From an uncultured Clostridia bacterium (GTDB lineage: Bacteria > Bacillota > Clostridia > Oscillospirales > Oscillospiraceae), in assembly GCA_947165825.1 (NCBI GenBank), contig CAMVBX010000001.1:1-45673 (forward strand): a stretch of DNA of 45,673 nucleotides, read 5' to 3'. Every line of letters starts with the position of its first letter. Positions within the stretch are counted from its first letter, which is position 1. The notes beneath the pieces are model-generated. The model made no database searches, was not told the origin of the DNA, and saw only the letters and a program-made list of their open reading frames with translations. The position numbers and the translations under genes are program-made. Below are positions 25,340 to 35,700 of the stretch, piece by piece.

Positions 25340-26708
25340 ACGGCGGGAGCTGACCGGGCGGACCGGGATCTGCGTTCTTGCGGCGATCCTGCTCCTGGCG
25401 CTTCTCTCCATCTCTTCCCCCGCTCCGGCTGCAGCCGCCGGGGAGACGGCGTATATCGTGAAGATCAAGGCGTCCGATGCCCCGTTCACCGTTGTCGGGG
25501 AAGGGGAGATGCGGCGTCTGGACCGGGCCGGGCTCCTGGAATGGGCGGAGCCCGATGGGGAAGCTCAGCTGCTGGGCACCCTGTCCCCCTACTATGCGGA
25601 TGAACAGTGGAACCTGGATATGATCGGCGCGGAGGCTGCCTTCCGGCAAAACTGTCTTGGGCAGGGGATCCGGGTGGGCGTCCTGGATTCCGGCGTGAAT
25701 CCCCATCCGGACTTCGGGGACCGTCTGCTGCCGGGACATAACTACGTCCAGGACGCCGAGGATCCGGAGGACACCTCGGATTCCTACGGCCATGGCACCC
25801 GCATCGCGGGCCTCGTCGCCGCTGCCGGCGAAGCGGGATATATCGGCACCGCCCCCGGAGCGGAGATCGTACCCATCAAGGTAACGGATGGAAAATCCGT
25901 CAAGGTCAGCGTCATTTGCGAGGCGATCTACGGGGCGATCGACGACTTCGGCTGCCGCGTTCTGAACTTGAGCATGGGCGTGCGGACAGACTATCAGTCC
26001 CTGCGGGATGCCGTGGCCTATGCGGAAGCCAGGGGCGTCGTGGTGGTTTCCGCGGCGGGCAACAGCGGCACCTCCGCCATGTACTACCCCGCCGGGTACG
26101 AAACGGTCATCGGCATCGGAGCGGTGGACTGCAACAGCGTGCTGTATTACCACTCCGATCACAATGAAAGCGTTTTTCTGACCGCCCCGGGGGTGGATGT
26201 GCGCAGCACGGCCTCCCGCGGCGGCTATACCGCCTCTACAGGCACCAGCTTCGCGGTGCCCCAGGTATCCGGCGCGGCGGCGGTGCTGCTGGGGATGGAC
26301 GGCGGTCTGAGCCCGGAGGAGATCCGGAGGATTCTGGCAGAAACCGCCAGTGATGCCGGAGACGAGGGCTATGACGAGTATTTCGGCTACGGGATCCTGA
26401 ACCTGGCGGGCTGCGTCTCCCGCCTGACGGAAGGGGAAGAACTGCCCGGGGAACCGTGCAGTTTCCTCCCGGAAACAGGTCCCGCCGCAGCGGTCCGCAG
26501 CAACGTGAACGAAGAAATCGATTGCACCTATCTGCTGGCCGAATATGACACGGACGGCGTCTGCCTGAGCGTGCAGACATGGCGTTTTACTCTCCCGGCC
26601 GGAGGAATTGCGGAGCTCACCCTTCCCGAGGAAAACGCGAACTACGGACAGTTTCTCTATGATTCGAAAACCCTGTGCCCCCTGGCCGAGGCGCGCAAAT
26701 CGCACTGA
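25332..26708 (+). CDS. Secreted subtilisin-like serine protease (peptidase S8)
   Basis: Its ATG overlaps the end of A2 (an 8-nt overlap). It has a signal peptide or anchor, ICVLAAILLLALLSISSPAPAAAA. The catalytic motifs are VGVLDSG (Asp), SYGHGTRIAG (His) and GTSFAVPQVSG (Ser). Confidence 0.9.
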   Translation: MPERRELTGRTGICVLAAILLLALLSISSPAPAAAAGETAYIVKIKASDAPFTVVGEGEMRRLDRAGLLEWAEPDGEAQLLGTLSPYYADEQWNLDMIGAEAAFRQNCLGQGIRVGVLDSGVNPHPDFGDRLLPGHNYVQDAEDPEDTSDSYGHGTRIAGLVAAAGEAGYIGTAPGAEIVPIKVTDGKSVKVSVICEAIYGAIDDFGCRVLNLSMGVRTDYQSLRDAVAYAEARGVVVVSAAGNSGTSAMYYPAGYETVIGIGAVDCNSVLYYHSDHNESVFLTAPGVDVRSTASRGGYTASTGTSFAVPQVSGAAAVLLGMDGGLSPEEIRRILAETASDAGDEGYDEYFGYGILNLAGCVSRLTEGEELPGEPCSFLPETGPAAAVRSNVNEEIDCTYLLAEYDTDGVCLSVQTWRFTLPAGGIAELTLPEENANYGQFLYDSKTLCPLAEARKSH

Positions 26709-26740
26709 ACACAATGCTTCACGAAATTGAGGGATCTGCC

Positions 26741-29700
26741 ATGAGAAAACCATTTGTCCGAATCCTTGCGGCGCTTCTCATCGTCTTGATGCTGTTCCAG
26801 CTTTCCGGGGAGAGCATCGCCTATGCGGCGGACACGCTGGACAAGGCGCTCAACCCGGAGAAACAGATCGAACTCATCGTGCCGCAGTCGCTGCAGGATG
26901 GGGAAAACTACTTCTTCATCCGGGAGGATACCTTCACCATCAGTGAGAAGAGCAGCGAAAAGCTGTATATCCCCATCCAGCGGACCGGAGACATAGATGC
27001 GGCGACGGACGTGACGCTCAAGGTCATCGACATGTCCGCCCACTTCGGCGTGAACTATGAAGCCAGGATCTGTGACGAAAAGACGGCTCCCGTGACGATC
27101 CTGAACGGCATCGCCGTGATCGATCTGTTCCTGTATGCCGATGAGCAGATCGAAGCCGAACCGATCGACGAGGATGAACTGGGCACCATATTGACCGAGA
27201 ATGGCGGAAGCGGGGATATCCTGGCGCCGGACGGTGAGGTCGTGGGCTCGATTTCCGCTGTCCCTCTGGATGAAAACGGCAATCCGATCCCACCCGAAAC
27301 GGGCGGGACAGCATCGGCTGCGCCTGCGGCGGAGCCTGGCGATGAGGGAGAATCCGTCCCCAATGCGTCGGCGGAGGCTGAGGCGGAGGAAACTGCGCTT
27401 GCGGAGGACGGAGAACCGGAGGAGGAACCCCTGTCTCCCCCCCGGAGCCTGATGGCCGCCCGCAATGCCTTCACCGGGACCCAATCCGACCGACAGCAGC
27501 TGGCAGGCGGCGATACCTTCGGCGCTCTGTCTCCCGCTCAGCGTCTGGAAGCGGCGCAGGAGGGGCAGCAGCGCACCGACGCGGAGATCGCGGCGGAAAA
27601 CTACCCCGGTCGGGAATACGCCCTGCATTTCGAAGCCGGGGAGATCGTCAAATTCCTGGAGATCACCCCCAAGTATTCCGAGGCTGCCGATGGGGACAGC
27701 ACCATCATCCTCATGCTGAAGGACTTGCCGGATAACGCCGTCGTCCCGGAGGACTTCAATATGCGCTCCGTCGTCATCACCGACGAGGATGAGCATGAGG
27801 AGGTCGTCATCAGCCTGACCCAGGAGACGATCCGCGCCGAGGACGGGAAGGCGGTCATCACGGTCACCCGTACCGGCCGCATCAACGATCTGGTGGGCGT
27901 CATGCTCTCCTCCCAGGATGGCAGCGCCGTTGCCGGGGACGATTACGGCGGCGTGGGGGCCAAACTCTGGTTCTCCATGGGGATCACCTCCCGTACGGTG
28001 GAATTGCCGGTGGGCCACGGGGCTGAGGAGAAAGACTTCACCGTGACCATCGCGCCTCTGCCCACCATGCCTGACGTGAAGATCGGATTGGCCAGCGCCC
28101 GCGTTATCATCCCTGCCGGGGAGAAGGCGGATGACGGCGAGCTGATGGCCAGCACGGACCTGTACGGCGACATGTGGAACCTGCGGGACAGGACCCGGAA
28201 GATCACCGGCAAGGTGAATTATGACAGCGATACGACCGTCAGCTACAGGACCAGCCTCGATAAGTGCGAGACACAGTACATCTCCCTCTACACGGACAGA
28301 GACTATGCCTGGGACGGCATCCACGTAGTATACGACTACCACACCTGGTATTCCAAGGGCAAAGTTGATGTGGAATTGAATAACGGCGACGGCAACTGGG
28401 TCCGTGTTTTCCGTAAAGACTGGGGCGACCTGGACGAGAAGTGGAAGCGAGAGCAGATTGCCGACGCCTATTTCGGCCAGTTAGAGGGACCCTGGATCAT
28501 CAGCATCGATAACTATACCTATGAGGTTCATAACGGCTTCCGGGACAGCCATTCCGACATCGTCGTAACAAGCGTGCAGCCCATCAAGCGGCAGTTCACC
28601 ATCAAGATGCTGGCGCCCGAGGCCCTCTCCTTCGAGGGAATGACGGAGGCGGAGGTGCTGGCCCGGTATGAGCAGGTCATGCTGGACTCCGGCCTGGATA
28701 CCTCCGTGACCCTGTATACCGGGGACAATTTCTCCATCTCCCGTCTCAGCAGCCCGGAGATGGCCCGGCTCGTGGGGATCGAGGCGGTCCGGTCCGACGG
28801 CATGACGTACCGGATCGCAAACATCACCGGCAGTAACGGCACCGCCACGGTGGAGCTGAATCCGCGCCTCATCAACTTGCTGGCCGGTTACGGCTACATC
28901 GAATGGAAGGAGAGCAAAGGCTCCTACTCCGGCACCATCCAGGTCCGGCCGGTATTCGACTACGTGAAGAGCGTCACCGTCCAGGTCCGGGATTCCGCCT
29001 ACGGGACCCTCTGCCTGGAGGACGAGCCCCCTCTCCGCTGGGAATTCGATTCTGACCAGATGATCAACGTCTGTATGGGCGCCAACTCCCGCCACAACGT
29101 CGACTGGCAGGGAGAAACGGATAATGCGGGCAACGATTACTATACCTTCACCGCCACGGGAGACGACCCTTACGTCTCCATCGACATGCCTTACGCGAAC
29201 GCCTCCAAGCTGGTCTGGGTCAAGGTCCGGGCCAGGAACCTCTGCGGGGCGGACGCCATTGAGCTCTTCGGCAAGTTCAACGATACGGGTCCCGAAGGCA
29301 CAAGCTGCGTCCATATCGATCTGGAGCAGGACAAGGAATGGCACACCTACCTGGTGAACATCCCGGAGTCGAATATCCAGACCGTCAACGCCTATAAAGG
29401 AGCCACCATCAGCACGACCACCTGGAAGGGGAAGGCCAACTGGCTCCGGCTGGATCCCGTGTGGAATGAAAACTCCTCCGCGCGCTCCGGCGATCAGATC
29501 CAGATCGACTACGTGGCTTTCTTCTCCGACAAGGAGAAGGCGGAATCCTATCATAACGGCACCGCCGCGGGCACTACCCTCACCGCCGGCAGGCATACCT
29601 TCCATTACGGCGATAAGCTGGTCTTCCTCCCCAACCTGGATCCCGCCTGGGCGGGCCGGATGCGGGCCCTGGGCATTTCCAGCGAGAGCCGCAGGAACGG

Positions 29701-32700
29701 ACCTGCCGGGACGCTGACCGGGAAGAACGACGGGTATTACGTGGGTGAGGATGGGGCCGATCAATGGTCCGTCACCCTGGATCAGGATTACTATGAATTC
29801 TGGCAGTTCTACACGGATGTGGACAACCTGGTGCAGGTCCAGATCCCCGTATCCGACGCGGAGTATTTCGATACCGAAAAGGGCCTCTTCGCAGGGCTTG
29901 CCCCCACAGTCAGCGGGAACTATCAGATCTGGACGGTGCGGGAGAGCGTCCTGACCAACGAACTGGTGGACCTGATCGCTCTGCCGAAGGACAGCAGCCA
30001 TGTGCCGGTCTGGACTCTTGCCGGAAACGGAAATACGTATTCCGGCAGCGAATTCTTCTTCTTCGCCGGGGTACAGGCCTCGGACAATCTGGTTACCCTC
30101 CGGATGGACCGGACGGCGTCCGATCACGCCTGGTACTCCCTCCGGGGCACCGCCTGCTACTCCACCCTGAATCTGGAGAGCGGGAATGAGGCGGACGATC
30201 TCTATCCCGCAGAGTTTGCCCGGATCACTTCCGCCCTGTCCGGCACCGAGTCGGGCCGGGACGGCGATTTTACCCTGGAGCCCATGTACTTGCTGGGCGG
30301 CAGCATCGTGCGCTACATCGTGCATTTTAACGGCACCTCCATGATCCGGGAGGTCAAGGTGGCCCCGGCGAATGCCGCCACCGAAACGGTGAATTACCTG
30401 GATGCCGCGGGCGGCTATTCGCAGATCCGGGCCATCCCTGTGGATCTGGGGAACGTGAAGGTGGAGGGGTGGTCCCGTACAGGCGCGCATTTTTCCAATG
30501 TCAGCGTGACCCTGGCCAACTTCAACCCCGAAGTCATCACCGCCATGGAGATGAACGGCAAGACCCTCACCGTGAAAATCACGGTGGATCCGGGGCAGCC
30601 GTACATCTGGGAGGGCGCGCAATGCAGAGAGACCGTCACAGAGGTGACCCTCTGGTTCCAGAGCCAGCTCACCGGAGAGATCCACGGGATCTACTCCACC
30701 ACCCTGCAGGAGGGAGAGACGAGCCCCGGCCTCACCTGGAACCAGATGACGAATACCGCCACCCTGACCATCCGGAGATTCTCACCGGACGCGCCGGAAA
30801 AGTACACCTACGGCGATGTGATGATGCTCCAGCTCACCACCGATAAGAAAACCTCTGCAGGCGGGAGCGGCCTGATGGTCTATCAGCCCGTGTCCAGCGG
30901 CTATACCGTCATCACCGACCAGAACTATGTACCGGAAACCTATGAAGAGGATGTGGACATGTCCAGCATGCTGGATGCGGCCCTCTCCGAAGAAAACAAG
31001 ACCCGTTACAGCTTTGGTCAGTTCCCCTGGCTGGGAAACATCACCGGGGTCTTTGCCACCTTTTCCTATTTTGTCAGCTCCGGATTCAACAATACCGCGC
31101 AGATGATCCTGGACGATCTGCAGCTCATGGAGGATGGGGACGCGGAGCTCATGGCCGGCGTTCTCCCGCGCAAGGCGGCCATCAGTGCGGCAGTGGCCTT
31201 CAAGGAACTCCCCTACGGCGGCGTCCGCACCATGATTGCCGTGGCCGTATCCTTCGGCAATGCCGCCTATTCCAGACGGGCCAATCCCTATCAAGCGAGG
31301 GAAGTCGCGTCTACCTTCCTGAGCGGCATTACCAGCGGCAGCAGCGGAGACCTGCTCTATGGAGGCGGCCAATTCAACGGCGGCGAATCCCTGGTCCAAA
31401 GCGAGCTGGGCGGATCATACATCTACTTCACCATCTATGTGGGCCTCTATCTCGACTGGGGCTTCATTGAGAAAGCCGTGACCGACAGCGACGGTGAGAC
31501 GGAACAGAGCCACTTCGCCCTCTTCCTGGGCGCCGGGGGCTTCTACGGCATCAGCATGACCGGCGGCTATACGAAATACGTTTTCCCCTGGGGCGTTCCG
31601 GTGTATTTCAATATTGAGGCGAATATCGACCTGACGGTATTCCTGGGGTCTTCTGCGGATCCCCAAAAGACGCTGGAATCCTTCTACGAGACTTCAGACC
31701 ACAAGGGACAGGACTTCGCCTTCAATATGGAGATTTATGCAGATGCCGGGCTGAAGCTTACCATCGGTGTCGGCCTCTACAAGATCATAGGCGTCCGGGC
31801 ATCCGGCGGTGTCGGGGTCCAGGCCGGCCTGAGCCTGCGCATGGCGGACTGGTTCCCGGATCTGGAAGGGGCCGATACCCTCAGCGTCTCCACCGATGCC
31901 ACGTTCTCCGGTTCCGTTGACCTGATCGTGACCAGTATCGATCTCTGGAGCGCCTCCTGGCCGCTGCCCCTGGGCTATGGCTGGCTGCAGTATTTCCAGC
32001 AGATGCGCCGGGCGAATATCCTGATCCATTTTATCAACGAGGAGATCAACGAGCACAGAGGTTCTCAGGCAGCCAGAGACGAATGTCGCCGGCTGGCCGA
32101 CGAGCTGGGCGCCTATGTGGACGCCTATCAGGGTACCGGCAAGGCGCTGAAAAAGCTGGTGGACCACCTCAACGACTATGCCTATGATCATGGCATCATC
32201 CGGCCGGAGCACTGGGCCCGGGTCAATATGATTCGGCAGGGCGGCTTGCTGGGCAACATGGCGGAAAGCTACTATGCCTGGATGATGGAGGACGACGGGC
32301 AAAGCAGCCTCTTCCATACCCGGGACCATGTGGATACCCGCTGGGTGGCGGGGGAGGACGCCTCTCTTATGGCGGCCTTCGGCCCGGTGAGCACCGCAAA
32401 GCTTGTGGAGAATGCGGTCTCCCAGCCCGCGGCGCAGATCGCGGCCCTGGGGAACAACCGCTTCCTTGCGGTCTTCCTGGACGACGACGCAAGCCGGGAC
32501 CGCCAGCAGGCCGGCGTACTGAAATGGGCGGTTTACGATGCAAACACAAACGCATGGACGGCCCCGCAGACCGTACAGGATGACGGGACCGCGGACGGGC
32601 GTCCCAACCTCATCGACGGCGGGGACAAGCTGATCCTCTCCTGGTCCTCCATCCCGCAGGAAAAGTACGCCGCGATGAAGCTGGAGGTCGCCAGGGAGCT

Positions 32701-35700
32701 GAACGTCGCAGATTACAATGAAGAAACTGAGGTCTACACCATCACCGACGACACGGCTGTGCTCCGCACCCTGGAGACGAACCCGGATCGGGTAATGAAC
32801 CTGATGGACATCTTCACCGCGGAGTTCAGCAAGAGCAGTTTCACCTTCGGCCCCATCACCCAGCTCACGGACGACGACTATTACGACGACGGGCCCCAGG
32901 CGGTGTACGACAGTGAGACCGGCGACTATGTCATCCTCTACTATAAGACCGCCCAGGATACGGAGGCCTATGCCGATGCGGAGGACCGGCTGCTGGATCT
33001 GGTAAACTCCAACGCGGATCCCAACCGGACCTACGGCGTCATGTGCTACATGCTCTACAACAATCAGACCGAGACTCCGGATACCAAGGGCCTTACCCAT
33101 GCCTCCGGCTGGGCGAGGGATTATCTCTTCCCCAACGAGACGGATCTGGCTCCGGCAGCGCAGGCCGCTTTCCTGGCAGCCTGGGGCGGTCAGCGTTTTC
33201 TGGCCTCCGCGATCAAGTCCGTCGGCCCGGACGGGAGAGTAATCCAGTCTGACGCGCCCATCGCGGACCTGACCGTCTGCAGCGGATATAACGGTCTTGC
33301 GGCCTATGCCTTCACGGTGGATATGGACTATAACGTGGACACCGCTGAGGACAAGGAGCTGTTTGTGCAGTTCTATCGCTTTGCCGACCATAAGACCTAT
33401 GTGCCGGTGAAGGTGGCGGGTGAGGCTGTGAAGGAAAAGCTGAACTCCGCTGTGCGTGACGCGAACAGAAGAACCATCGTTCCGGCCACGGTCACCGAGG
33501 CGGTGACGCCCGTGAACGTGGGACAGCCCAAGCTGATCCGCAACGAAGGCTCCACCTGGCTTTTCTGGCGGGAGGACGAGCGAGGCCTGCGCTACCTGAA
33601 CATCTCCGAGCTGCTCAACAAGAAGCTGGAGACCGGGCCGGGGGACGACGATTGGGTCTATGCCCTGCAGGATAACGGCACCTTTGCCACGGATCCCGAT
33701 ACCGGAAAGCCCTATGAGCCTGAAGCCCAATGGGTGGATTTCGGCTCCGCCATGACGGATGGGAAAATGACCATCACGGACTACCAGGTCGTCACGGACC
33801 GGGACGATAATCTCTACGTGGTCTGGACCGACCTTCATAGCTACGAAGTACAGGATGACATTCTGGAAACGACCATCTCCAACCCGGCGCAGGCCATCTA
33901 CGCCTCGGCCAAGATCAAGCAGACGAACAGCGACGTGAAAGAGGGAGAAGTGGACAGCATCGCCCGCTGGTCCAAGCCCTACCGGCTGACGAAGGACAAC
34001 TCCTCCAACGACGGCGTCACCATCGCCCTGGATGACAACGGCGGGCTGATCCTGCTGCACAACCAGTTCTTTATGGAGCTGGCGGACACCGAGGCTGAGA
34101 TCGCCTACATGCTCGCAAACCATCTGGCAGGGGCCTATCATGACGAGGAAAGCGGCAACGACTATTTCCTGGGCTATCCCTATTACCCCAGCGGCATGAG
34201 CCTGATGGTGACCCGCTGCGAACCCATCGGCTCCGTGGAGGCCACGACGTTCGTCTTTGACGACGTCACCCCCGTGGCGGGACAGACTGTGCAGGTCGCA
34301 GCGGCGGTGGAGAATGTGGGCCTGACCAACGCCAAGGGCTGCGAGGTCCGATTCTATGAGTACAGGAACGGCGTACAGGGAAGGTTGCTGCAGACTGCTT
34401 ACAGCGAAGAGGAATTCCAGGTCAACTCGGCCAGGCAGGTCGTATTCGACTGGACCATCCCGGCAGACGGACCCGAGGGCTTCTGCATCCAGGCAGTGGC
34501 CAGGGAGAAGAGGGCGGACGGCACCTGGTACGATCCGACAGAGACCTTCTCCGAGCCCTTCGTTCCGAAGGCGGAATATGCGCCGGAGCTGGTGAAATGC
34601 GTGCAGAGCGGAGACGGCTTCGACGTGGAGTACACCGTGACCAATACCGGAAACCTGGCCGCGCCTCAGGGCATGAAGGCCGACCTTGTCCTTGAGGGAC
34701 TTTACGGCGACCTGAAGGAACAATACGGCATGGATGACGACCTGCTGATCACGGAGGACATCTCCGGCCTGGCCCCCGGGGAGACCCGGACCGTTGCGAA
34801 GACCATCGTCCTCCCGGTCACCGTCTTCCGGTTCTGCGGCTATGACGCCGTGACCGTCGTGGTGCGGGATCAGTACGACGAGGCTGTGAAGTGCACGGAT
34901 CACAGCTTCATCACCCTGGATGCGCCGCTGAACCTGGAGCTCAACGGCGGCGCGGAGCTGGCGCTCATGAGCGGTGAGAAAAAGACCGCCGCGCTTCGCT
35001 TTGACTCCACCGGATTTATGGATATCAGCGGAAAGACGAAATACTCCGTGTCCGATCCCGCCGTCGCCTCCGTGGATGAAAACGGCGTTGTCACCGGTAT
35101 CAGCGAAGGTACCGCCACCCTGACGGCCACCCTGATGCCCAGCGGCCGTACCGTGGAGATCCGGGTGACGGTGAGCGGTACGGCGGAGCCCGGCAGCTCG
35201 GATGTACCGACGATTCGGGAGTACATGATCGGTCTGAGCGGACGCCTGGAGAACGGCACGGTGCAGACCGGCGCCAACAGCGCCATCCCGGGGAGCCGGG
35301 TCACGTTTACGCCGAAGCCGGAGGAGGGCTATACCGTCGGGACGGTCACCGTGACCAACCGGAACGGCATCCCGCTGGAGCTCATCGACAACGGGGACGG
35401 CACCTGGAGCTTCATCATGCCGGCGGAAAACGTGAGGATCGGTGTGGAATTTGTCCCGGCTGGCGCCCCGGCTGAGGAACCCCCGGCGCCGGATCAGCAG
35501 TTTGCGGATGTGCCCGCGGGGACCTGGTTCACCGACGCGGTGGCCTGGGCTGTGGCACAGGGGATCACCAACGGCACGGACGAGACGCATTTCAGCCCGG
35601 ATGTGCCCTGTACCCGGGCGCAGATGGTGACCTTCCTGTGGCGCGCGGCAGGCAAGCCCGAGCCTGCGGGAGGGGAGATGCCCTTCCAGGACGTGGCGAA

